IMG/VR virus record: IMGVR_UViG_3300013232_000486
From: a virus
Taxonomy: Duplodnaviria > Heunggongvirae > Uroviricota > Caudoviricetes
Strand: one strand, 5' to 3'
Length of the DNA stretch: 64,000 bases
Part shown: piece after piece, positions 56,182-64,000 of the stretch
Position numbering within the stretch: position 1 is the first letter of the stretch
Layout of the letters: every line of letters begins with the position of its first letter
Program-made: the position numbers and the translations under genes
Notes under the pieces: model-generated
Told to the model about the DNA's origin: nothing
Database searches by the model: none
Seen by the model: the letters and a program-made list of their open reading frames with translations, nothing else

Positions 56182-57149
56182 AGAACACGCTTAGTCAAGA
56201 CAACTTGTACGGTGGCATCAAGATCCTCAGCCCAGAGGGCGGGATCTTGTTCCGCTGCAATGAAAAAAAGGCCAACTGGTACCTTTCCAGGGAACTCGCC
56301 GACAGAAAATCGAAAGACTGCATCATCCTTCGCTTCAAGCCAAAGGGTTTTGGGGATGCCTACTTGATCCATCCCAAGGAAAACGTCTGCGTGGTCTGTG
56401 GCAAGGATAAGGAGTTAACCAAACACCACGTGGTTCCACACAGTTATCGCCGATACTTCCCCGTCCACTTCAAGACCCACTTGAGCCACGACTGCGTGTT
56501 GCTCTGCGTGGACTGCCACGAGAAGTACGAGGAGGCGTCCAGAGAGCGCCAGAAGGTCTTGGCGAGACGCTACAACGTTCCCCTCCGTGGAATGGAGAGC
56601 AAGTCAAATCGATCTGCATGGCTCGGCGCGGCGAGGGCGCTTGTAAACCACAAGCACAAGATCCCGCAAGAGCGGAAAGAGGTCCTCTGGGCCAACATCA
56701 AACAGCATTTGGGCTACATACCCAAAGAAGAAGAACTCAAGGCGCTGATTGAGAGCAAGCAAAAAGTTAAAACACACGGCGAGCTTTTGGTGTTGAAGTT
56801 CACCGAGGACAGGCTCGTTGGGTTTATCCTTGGGTGGCGCAAGCATTTCGTAAAGGTTATGGCTCCAAACTTCCTCCCTGATGGATGGGCCATCACGGCG
56901 AAGACCCACTACAGCGAGGACGAGTTCGAGTCATTTAAGGCCTACGAGTCGCAAGTAAAGTCCTTCCAAGACGGCGTGGCCGACGCCAAAGCAAAACTTC
57001 CAAGGCGCGACATGTCGTCAGCAGAGCCTTGGGTCAGAGAGGCCTACGACACTGGCTACAACGTCAAGTCAATAGAACAGTGGGCCGATACCAATGCTCC
57101 ACGGAGGATTTTGATGAACACGCCGTCCTTGTCTGAAATGTTCGAATAA
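56142..57149 (+). CDS. HNH-family endonuclease, candidate restriction partner of the adjacent methyltransferase
   Basis: CVVCGKDKELTKHHVVPHSYRRYF...HDCVLLCVDCHEKYE forms an HNH core. Overlaps the methyltransferase 3' end by about 40 nt; start uncertain (no clear SD). Confidence 0.55.
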   Translation: MVDGVPRRLDKTVKNTLSQDNLYGGIKILSPEGGILFRCNEKKANWYLSRELADRKSKDCIILRFKPKGFGDAYLIHPKENVCVVCGKDKELTKHHVVPHSYRRYFPVHFKTHLSHDCVLLCVDCHEKYEEASRERQKVLARRYNVPLRGMESKSNRSAWLGAARALVNHKHKIPQERKEVLWANIKQHLGYIPKEEELKALIESKQKVKTHGELLVLKFTEDRLVGFILGWRKHFVKVMAPNFLPDGWAITAKTHYSEDEFESFKAYESQVKSFQDGVADAKAKLPRRDMSSAEPWVREAYDTGYNVKSIEQWADTNAPRRILMNTPSLSEMFE

Positions 57150-57190
57150 GGGAAAACAGCCTCGTCCTCCGAATCTTATCCATACGGAGG

Positions 57191-58363
57191 ATGACCATGT
57201 CCATCATAGTACGAATCGCTGGATTCACTCAGGTTGCCGCGTTCAACCCACCAAAGCGCGGTGACAGGATCACGATAAACAGCCCAAGAGCGTTGTTCAC
57301 TAGGGCTCCATACTGGCTCGTCACGGACGTTTCTGGATCAGCATCTCAAGGCTGGAACGCCACCGTACGAGGCCAAGACGGAAACTCGCAAGCCCTTCAC
57401 TCCTCTGATGTGACCTCATGGAAGATATACGCTGGCGACAAGTACCCATGGGAAATCAAAGAGCAAGAGGATAAAAAGAAAAAGATAGATGAGGAAAACA
57501 GGACAAAGGACGTGCAGAGGGAAAAAAGCCAATACGCTGACTTCTCTCAAAGATACAAGTTCTCAAATGGAGATCCTCTTTTTGTTCCATTGGGCGGACT
57601 TCTTGTCTCCGTGTCTCAGCAAGCCGTCGGACAACTTGATCTTTTCTCTGGTAAAACACTGCGCATAAAAAGCATTAACCCAACAGCCGAAACGGTACAG
57701 ATGGAGCCAGTGGTGAGTGATGACCCTTCGTTGTCAGAATTCGGCCAATTCATAGAATCTGTACCAGCAAAAGAAGTAGTTGAAAACACAACTCCAGTAC
57801 TTTCAGCCGCCATGTCATCTAGGAAGGTTTCCGTACCAGACTTATCCATGCCACCTGATGAGAACGGAAAGCGCCCAACAAAGATGGTCGAAGAAGGGAG
57901 TATCCCGAGGCTCGTGCCGAATCTTGTCGAGGCCATTCTTAGGGGTCAAGTAAGTGGTCCTTATAGGGATGGAAAATTTGTCGAGGTCTATGTGAACTAT
58001 GACAAAGACAAGGGCCTCGAAAGGTTCAACCAGGAGATGGCCTCCTACGGCGTGTCTTATCCAGAAGACGAGATCGTTATTAACAACGCAAGGTATACCG
58101 AACGATATATGGGACAGGCAATGCCCATGAAATCACCGATGTACTATTACAGTGGAGCCATACACGTATCAAGCCCCACTCCAGAACTAATAGAAGAAAT
58201 ACAAAAGGTAGCACCAGCTAGCAAAATAAAGCATCAAGGTAATGGAATCATAATACAAAGTAACACATTGTTTAGGCTGTACGTTAAATTAGCCAAGCCA
58301 TTCATGTCAAAGTCCGCGTCAAAGATCGTCACATGGATAAGGGCGACTTGTAAGCTCGCTTAG
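57191..58363 (+). CDS. hypothetical protein
   Basis: 390-aa plus-strand ORF in the accessory island. Confidence 0.45.
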   Translation: MTMSIIVRIAGFTQVAAFNPPKRGDRITINSPRALFTRAPYWLVTDVSGSASQGWNATVRGQDGNSQALHSSDVTSWKIYAGDKYPWEIKEQEDKKKKIDEENRTKDVQREKSQYADFSQRYKFSNGDPLFVPLGGLLVSVSQQAVGQLDLFSGKTLRIKSINPTAETVQMEPVVSDDPSLSEFGQFIESVPAKEVVENTTPVLSAAMSSRKVSVPDLSMPPDENGKRPTKMVEEGSIPRLVPNLVEAILRGQVSGPYRDGKFVEVYVNYDKDKGLERFNQEMASYGVSYPEDEIVINNARYTERYMGQAMPMKSPMYYYSGAIHVSSPTPELIEEIQKVAPASKIKHQGNGIIIQSNTLFRLYVKLAKPFMSKSASKIVTWIRATCKLA

Positions 58364-59460
58364 ACGTGATTATAGTACTCCTTGGCTACTTCTAGGTACA
58401 ACTCCCCGATCGCGTCGTAGTCAGCCTTATCCCTTAAGGTGGACTTGGCGTACGCGGTCTCGATCTTGACCTCCATCTCGGCCACATGCTCCAGAACCCT
58501 CTCGTAAGGCCATTTGCATTGCCTGATGGCGAGCAGTTCCTCGCGGTCTGGCCTGAACACGATGACCTCTCCGTACTCAAGGATCTCGTAGGCCATGCGG
58601 ATGAGCCTGACCAGGTGTGAGGCATGCTTGGCGTCGTAGCCAGCCTTGGCCTCGAGTTCCTTGCGCTTGGGATTGCGATCCTCGGCCCAGTCCTGGTAGG
58701 CCTTCCATTCGGTCATGGCGGTGTTGTACTGCTTCTCGTTTCGAACCATCTCGCGCAGCGAGTCTGGGACGTACTCCAGCGGCAGCGCCATGATGTGTCC
58801 ATGGTACTTCTTGTCGATCTTGCTGTATTCTGGCAGGCCAAAATCGGCACGAGAAGGCTTCTTCTCTGGCGGATGCAGCAAGTACCGACGATGGTTCTCG
58901 ATGCGCCTCAACTGGGCTGAGGCATAGCTGGCAAAGGTCCACTTCGCCGCTTTCGACAAGAACAAGCGGTTGTTCTTCTTGATCTCGTCCCAGTATGAAC
59001 TGCAATGGGTAACGCCCTTCTCGACGAACAAGAACTCAATGATGTTCGGGTTGCATGCGCTGGCGAGCTTGATGAACTTCCTCAGCTCATGGATTTCCTC
59101 GTCCTCGCCTGGCTTCTTGATGGTCTCGACGCCCCACGCCAAGTCTCCTTGCTCGTTGTCAAGGGCTTGAAGAAGGCGCTCCTTGGCCTTGTCTGGGTCT
59201 CCCTCGCGGAGAAACCTCAAAGCGTTCTCGATGTGTTGACCGAGAGTCCCTTGTCCAATCCAATTGGCCTGGAAAAGCCTGAAGGCGTTGTCCTTCGGGG
59301 CTATGAAAACCGCCCTGTAATCACAATCAGAAACACCATCTATGTTCATGCCATATGCGTGGCTTCCAGATAAATATCTGAAAATACACGTATGCATTGC
59401 CTCTGCGTAGGTCATTGTCCACCTCCAAGTTAATTGTACAAAGCCTACGGATTTAGTCAA
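58360..59460 (-). CDS. pol-beta-superfamily nucleotidyltransferase (minimal nucleotidyltransferase N-terminus plus helical C-terminus)
   Basis: YLSGSHAYGMNIDGVSDCDYRAVFIAP is GSx3Gx5SDxD; 366 aa. Confidence 0.5.
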   Translation of the reverse strand: MTKSVGFVQLTWRWTMTYAEAMHTCIFRYLSGSHAYGMNIDGVSDCDYRAVFIAPKDNAFRLFQANWIGQGTLGQHIENALRFLREGDPDKAKERLLQALDNEQGDLAWGVETIKKPGEDEEIHELRKFIKLASACNPNIIEFLFVEKGVTHCSSYWDEIKKNNRLFLSKAAKWTFASYASAQLRRIENHRRYLLHPPEKKPSRADFGLPEYSKIDKKYHGHIMALPLEYVPDSLREMVRNEKQYNTAMTEWKAYQDWAEDRNPKRKELEAKAGYDAKHASHLVRLIRMAYEILEYGEVIVFRPDREELLAIRQCKWPYERVLEHVAEMEVKIETAYAKSTLRDKADYDAIGELYLEVAKEYYNHV

Positions 59461-59507
59461 AGGAAAATCAGATAACGCATGTGAATTGTATTACGGAGGA
59501 CATGACA

Positions 59508-60407
59508 ATGACTTGTAAAATATGCAATAGGATATACCAAGCGAGAGGTTTTTGTAAGCTACATTTATCCATGTTCTACAGATCCTTGATAGACCAAGAC
59601 GGGAAACCTCGTGATGGCTATTTTCTGAATGGCAACGGGCACATACGAAAAATTAAATGCATGCTCAGAAAACAAGTAAACGAAAGTGATTGGTTTAGAA
59701 AGTGGAAATCGGCTCGCATCAAATCCGCTGGATACAAATGCCAAATTTGCGGAGCAAAACTTATAAAGCTATATGTACATCATGACAAGTCGAATTCGTT
59801 CTCTTCAATAATAAAAGAAGCCAAAAATAGATCAACTAGCATTATAGATCAAGAAATATATTGCAAACTAGTACATGAAACTACACCCATAATTTCTACC
59901 GTTGTTTGTAGAAAATGCCATGCGAGTCTTCACCCTGGCAAACTCCATAACTTTATCGCCAGAATAAGAAAGTCTGACTTGTGTGTCGTATGTAAAAAAG
60001 AACCATACTGCAAAGGTTTTTGCCATTATCATTACCAGCAGTACAGAAAAGGGATCAGAGATATTTCTGGAAAGAAATTGAGGCCCTTAAAATACGAGAG
60101 GAAAAAGAGTACGTGCATAGTATGTGGACAAGAATCACGCGGTTGCTCCGGAGACTCTGGAAAATTCTGTAAAATACATTTTTCTAGATTCAGAAACGAA
60201 ATTATTGATTCAAACGGTAAAACACTAAGAGAACCAAGGATAATAGACGGAAAAAGAACGTGTAAAGTATGTGGCTCAAAACATTACGGGCTTGGATTTT
60301 GCCTAACACATTACAACAGATTCAAAATCGGACAACTTGATACGGACGGAAACGAACTACGTCCGCTCGAACAGTTTGTAGTCAAAGGAATGAAAATGAC
60401 TTCGTAA
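59508..60407 (+). CDS. HNH endonuclease with five tandem CxxC...GxCxxHYxRF zinc-ribbon modules
   Basis: An SD GGAGGA lies 7 nt before ATG 59508. Modules: CKICNRIYQARGFCKLHLSMF, CVVCKKEPYCKGFCHYHYQQYRKG, CIVCGQESRGCSGDSGKFCKIHFSRFRNE, CKVCGSKHYGLGFCLTHYNRFKIG. The HNH core is CQICGAKLIKLYVHHDKSN...CRKCHASLH. Confidence 0.55.
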   Translation: MTCKICNRIYQARGFCKLHLSMFYRSLIDQDGKPRDGYFLNGNGHIRKIKCMLRKQVNESDWFRKWKSARIKSAGYKCQICGAKLIKLYVHHDKSNSFSSIIKEAKNRSTSIIDQEIYCKLVHETTPIISTVVCRKCHASLHPGKLHNFIARIRKSDLCVVCKKEPYCKGFCHYHYQQYRKGIRDISGKKLRPLKYERKKSTCIVCGQESRGCSGDSGKFCKIHFSRFRNEIIDSNGKTLREPRIIDGKRTCKVCGSKHYGLGFCLTHYNRFKIGQLDTDGNELRPLEQFVVKGMKMTS

Positions 60408-60410
60408 CTG

Positions 60411-60680
60411 TCAAGTGCGAGGTTTGCGTCCAGCGATAATCTTCGGGTCTTGAGTTGGCTTCTCTCTATTCGGGTTCACTTGGGCGGCAAGCTTGTCGAT
60501 TGACGTACCAATCTTGTTCTTGGCGGCAGCAACCTCGAAGGAACTCTCGATGTCGCAAACGGCTATTGGAGGAATAGTAAGCCTCTGGCCAGCCGTCTCC
60601 AATGTTGCGGGGAACTTACCGCCATCCAGCAGTTGTTTCTCTGGAACCGCTACGACGAAAACAACGAGCTTAAAAGCCAT
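60411..60680 (-). CDS. hypothetical protein
   Basis: 89-aa ORF with a hydrophobic N-terminus. Confidence 0.35.
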   Translation of the reverse strand: MAFKLVVFVVAVPEKQLLDGGKFPATLETAGQRLTIPPIAVCDIESSFEVAAAKNKIGTSIDKLAAQVNPNREKPTQDPKIIAGRKPRT

Positions 60681-60690
60681 GACCTATCTC

Positions 60691-61029
60691 CTAGTCTTTC
60701 GACTCGTCGTCCTCAGCATCGTCTTCTTGGTATTCATTGTGCTGATCCTTATACCAATCAAAGATGTTCTGCTGAGAACGATCACCCCAATCTGAATCCT
60801 CGTCGTCCTTGTCTTCGTCTTCCTTCTTGGATTCCATGAATGCATACTCGGCCTTGGTAACGACTCCAGCCTTCCAGTTAGAACATGCCATGTTCGTACA
60901 TTCAACGTCCATGAACGAAGCATATGCCCCGCATCCGCAGAGCGGGCATTTAGAGTTGGCGCAGACGACTTTTCTCATAACAGAGAGGATCACTCCCTGT
61001 TGAAGTCGAGGTCGAGCTTGTACGTCCAC
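60691..61029 (-). CDS. small Cys-cluster protein with an acidic tail
   Basis: CANSKCPLCGCG...C; the true start may be the internal ATG at 60978. Confidence 0.35.
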   Translation of the reverse strand: MDVQARPRLQQGVILSVMRKVVCANSKCPLCGCGAYASFMDVECTNMACSNWKAGVVTKAEYAFMESKKEDEDKDDEDSDWGDRSQQNIFDWYKDQHNEYQEDDAEDDESKD

Positions 61030-62306
61030 GTAATCCCATGCTTCGGATGTACCCCAAAGAGCATCTGCGTCGGCTTGCTCTTGACGCGCAGCTTATGGAA
61101 CGAGTACATGTCTCCACGCAAGAATGATCCATTTATGATCACTCCACCGCGAGAAGTCTCAATCTCGCGGCAAGAATGGAAATGTCCAAGACAAAGGTAG
61201 TCATAAGGAGCCGGGTTTATCCCGCTGACCAAGTCTTGGATCTTATGTTCCTCCCTCAAGAGCGACTCAACGCCTCCCCTGATGTAGTCTCCATGCAGCA
61301 ACAGGAATCCTTTTCCCTGGACAGTCTTTTGCTTCCACCACGCCTTCGTGGCGTCGACCAAGACGTTCTTCTTGTCCTTCAACATGGCGTCCATCAAATT
61401 GTACGTGGCTCGATCCCAGTTGGCTGAGACCTTGTCAGAGTTCTCCGACGAACCCGCCCTGCCGTGGTTTCCGACCACGCCAGTGAACTCTATCTTGTCA
61501 AAGTACTCAGACCACGTCGATATCATCTCGGACATGGTTTTCGCCGCGATCCAAGATTGCTGGGTCACGTCCTCAATCGAGTACGCTGGACCCCATTGAC
61601 CGCCAAGTTGCGACCCATGGACGAAGTCACCAAGTCCGAAAACATGGAGTTTTGGGATCTTCCTGGTTTCTCCGTGCAATCCAAGTATCTCTAGGACGCC
61701 CCTCGTCAGATTGGCGATTCTGCTCGTGAAGATCGCGTTGTTGTTTTCTCCGAGATTCCCGGTCTCTTCCATGGTATATTCATATCCAACATGACCATCT
61801 GACAACAACAGAACCATGTCTTCTGGGGTTCTGCTATCTGCAATCCTCTTTCGAGGAAGGCTGATCCTTGGCAAGGATGGCTTTGTAATCGTTGGAACTA
61901 GTCTCTTGATGGATTCCTCGACCCTGTCAGAGACAGAACGCGATGCGACTTCGGTTCTTCGCTCTCGGACAGCCTGCTTGGCCATCACGTCCTTCTTGAA
62001 GTCGTCGGCCTCCAATTTGATTGCCGCATCATGCCCCTTGCATAGCGTCCTCAAGACCTCCTCGAAATGACCCCATTCCATCTTATTGAGCTTCCTCGTG
62101 ATGGTAGAGCGGTCTACGTGCAAAACATCCGCCATGTCCTCTTGCGGCATCTGATTTGGATCAGAGTACATCTCAAACAAGCTGACGAGCATCTTCGGGG
62201 TCCAGGTTCCTTGCATTCCAGGCAAGGACTTAAATCTGATTGGGTCTTCCTCATATATCTTGAGGAACTGCTTTTTGAGGGCGACAACGTCCGCATGCTT
62301 TGACAT
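60990..62306 (-). CDS. helix-turn-helix domain plus calcineurin-like metallophosphoesterase
   Basis: Helix-turn-helix DMADVLHVDRSTITRKLNKM. Phosphoesterase motifs LLLSDGHVG, GDFVHG, GNHG, LLHGDYIRG, GHFH. Confidence 0.7.
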   Translation of the reverse strand: MSKHADVVALKKQFLKIYEEDPIRFKSLPGMQGTWTPKMLVSLFEMYSDPNQMPQEDMADVLHVDRSTITRKLNKMEWGHFEEVLRTLCKGHDAAIKLEADDFKKDVMAKQAVRERRTEVASRSVSDRVEESIKRLVPTITKPSLPRISLPRKRIADSRTPEDMVLLLSDGHVGYEYTMEETGNLGENNNAIFTSRIANLTRGVLEILGLHGETRKIPKLHVFGLGDFVHGSQLGGQWGPAYSIEDVTQQSWIAAKTMSEMISTWSEYFDKIEFTGVVGNHGRAGSSENSDKVSANWDRATYNLMDAMLKDKKNVLVDATKAWWKQKTVQGKGFLLLHGDYIRGGVESLLREEHKIQDLVSGINPAPYDYLCLGHFHSCREIETSRGGVIINGSFLRGDMYSFHKLRVKSKPTQMLFGVHPKHGITWTYKLDLDFNRE

Positions 62307-62318
62307 TTGTTCTCTCCT

Positions 62319-62654
62319 TTAGGCGTACCTGATCATGAACGTGAATTCGTAGTGAAGTTCCTTCGTTGACGGGTAAACGATCAGCTCATCGTAGACTACC
62401 GATGCATTATGCATCTCCTTGATCGATGCCAGCTTGTTCTCCAAGAACCACTTCAATTCGTTCTCAAGGTCTTGTGGAAACTTAGGTTCGAACTGAACCT
62501 GGAAAGTGAGTTCCATGCCAGGGATCGGGGACTTCTGAGTCGCGAGTCCGCTTGCTTTGACCGCATCTACAAACATTCGGTCGAATTGCTCTCTGTGAGA
62601 CTCCAGGAAGCTATAGGGATTCATGACGATCATTTTTCGGTCTCTTTCCACCAC
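62319..62654 (-). CDS. hypothetical protein
   Basis: 111-aa ORF. Confidence 0.4.
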   Translation of the reverse strand: MVERDRKMIVMNPYSFLESHREQFDRMFVDAVKASGLATQKSPIPGMELTFQVQFEPKFPQDLENELKWFLENKLASIKEMHNASVVYDELIVYPSTKELHYEFTFMIRYA

Positions 62655-63544
62655 TTATACGTCGCTTTAAGCCCATCCTCGAAAGAGGTCGAGCTGGTCC
62701 AACCCAAGGCATTCCTCGCCTTTGACACGTCTAGGCATCGACGGGGCTGTCCGTTTGGCTTACCAGTGTCCCAAATGATCTGACCCTCGTACCCAACAAT
62801 CTTCTTGATGGTTTCGGCCAGGTCTTTGATCGTAATCTCCTTTCCGCTGCCAATATTGATTGGCTCTGATGAATCATACTGCTCAACAGCGAGCCTGATC
62901 GCTTTTACGGCGTCTGACACGAACAAAAACTCGCGGCTAGGAGACCCGTCTCCCCAAAGCGTCACACTCGTCGCCTTTTCTGTCTTGGCGTCATCGAACT
63001 TCCTGATCATGGCTGGGATGACATGACTATCTTCGAGGCTGAAGTTGTCCCTTGGGCCGTACAAGTTGACCATAAGAAGGTGGACGACGTTCATCCCGAA
63101 TTCTTTGCGGTATGCTTGTCCAGTAACGAGGATTGCCTTCTTAGCGATTCCGTACGGGGCATTGGTCTCCTCTGGATATCCGTCCCATAGTTCCTCCTCC
63201 TTGAAAGGAACCTTGGCGAACTTCGGATACTCGCATATAGTCCCAAGTACCACTAGCTTACGAACGCGAGATATCCGACAAGCCTCAAGTACGTTCAATC
63301 CCATCATCAGATTTTCGTACGCCAGCGTAGCTGGAGACCTGTCATTTTTTCCGATGCCGCCAACGTTTGCTGCCAAATGAACGACCACATCTGGCCTCAA
63401 GCCGTCAATGTAACTATAGGTATCCAAATTGCTTATCAAGTTGAGCTTGCTACGTCCTATGGAGGTGACGCAATGCTTTGGTGCCAACTCTTCACACAAG
63501 GCTGACCCAAGGAACCCAGTGCCTCCAGTGACCAGAATTTTCAT
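62630..63544 (-). CDS. fcl: GDP-L-fucose synthase (GDP-4-keto-6-deoxymannose 3,5-epimerase/4-reductase)
   Basis: Collinear with E. coli Fcl: KILVTGGTGFLGSA, VHLAANVGGI, YENLMMGLNV, PYGIAKKA, NLYGPRDNF, SHVIPAMIRKF, WGDGSPSREFLFVSD, KPNGQPRRCLDVSK. Confidence 0.9.
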   Translation of the reverse strand: MKILVTGGTGFLGSALCEELAPKHCVTSIGRSKLNLISNLDTYSYIDGLRPDVVVHLAANVGGIGKNDRSPATLAYENLMMGLNVLEACRISRVRKLVVLGTICEYPKFAKVPFKEEELWDGYPEETNAPYGIAKKAILVTGQAYRKEFGMNVVHLLMVNLYGPRDNFSLEDSHVIPAMIRKFDDAKTEKATSVTLWGDGSPSREFLFVSDAVKAIRLAVEQYDSSEPINIGSGKEITIKDLAETIKKIVGYEGQIIWDTGKPNGQPRRCLDVSKARNALGWTSSTSFEDGLKATYKWWKETEK

Positions 63545-63966
63545 TGTATCTCCTTCACCTTGAATTTTTCCCTAGCTCTTCCAACAAACTCTGAAATGGC
63601 CTCTTCCATGGGCAAATCAGCCAGTCCTCCGATCCTCTCCAAAACGGAGCGCTTGCAGACCACGCCTCGTGGGCTGGAAACCACGTACAAGTCCGAGTTG
63701 TGATCAAGTTCCGAGAACTGATCCTGGTCGTATGCGTTACCAAACCAGACGTACTTCGATCGCGACAAGATCATCCCGAAACTCAACTGCTTGGCCACCG
63801 TGTTGCACGTTGGAGACGGCTCAAAAAGCCTTATCCATTTGGAGGGCGAAAACTTCTGTTGAGCCAGCCTCCAGTCCCCATGAATGACGACCACCTCATA
63901 GGGACACTTGGCAACAGAAGCCAGTATGCTGGACCAGTCTTGTAGTTCTGAAACAACCACGGTCAA
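63541..63966 (-). CDS. hypothetical protein (possibly sugar-related, adjacent to fcl)
   Basis: 141-aa ORF overlapping the fcl start by 4 nt. Confidence 0.4.
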   Translation of the reverse strand: MTVVVSELQDWSSILASVAKCPYEVVVIHGDWRLAQQKFSPSKWIRLFEPSPTCNTVAKQLSFGMILSRSKYVWFGNAYDQDQFSELDHNSDLYVVSSPRGVVCKRSVLERIGGLADLPMEEAISEFVGRAREKFKVKEIQ

Positions 63967-64000
63967 GGAAGGAACTCTTGGTAGCGGGTCTCCGTAATAG

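Overview
This 64-kb window looks like a segment of a large double-stranded DNA bacteriophage genome (canonical Shine-Dalgarno sites, bacterial-type replisome genes). Nearly every gene is on the minus strand and the genes are tightly packed, often with overlapping stop/start codons. Positions 1-2400 carry the end of a structural module: a collagen-like Gly-X-Ser repeat protein that runs off the left edge (probable tail fibre), a small transmembrane protein and two hypothetical proteins. The rest is a long replication, recombination and nucleotide-metabolism module. Clear calls are DnaE, DnaX, the DnaN sliding clamp, a TOPRIM primase, RecA, a UvrD-like helicase, RuvC, class II ribonucleotide reductase with a CPYC glutaredoxin, dCMP deaminase and dNMP kinase. 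Other recognisable genes are ClpP, DnaJ, a sigma-70-family sigma factor, two cytosine-5 DNA methyltransferases, a radical SAM enzyme, and GDP-fucose pathway enzymes (Gmd, Fcl) plus a cupin-adenylyltransferase fusion. Possibly present are an SSB-like protein with a DDDIKF tail and a DNA polymerase III delta-like protein. An IS200/IS605-family tnpB element sits on the plus strand at about 24.0-25.2 kb. A mixed-orientation accessory island at 55-60.4 kb holds a methyltransferase-HNH pair, a nucleotidyltransferase and an HNH protein with five zinc-ribbon modules. Two candidate novel modules stand out. One is a coupled lipoprotein, ABC ATPase, unknown protein and HNH nuclease at 52.0-55.0 kb. The other is a DUF2997, flotillin-like and DUF1257 sandwich at 18.2-20.4 kb. 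I found no tRNA, rRNA or CRISPR array. All calls rest on reading motifs by eye; nothing was computed or searched.
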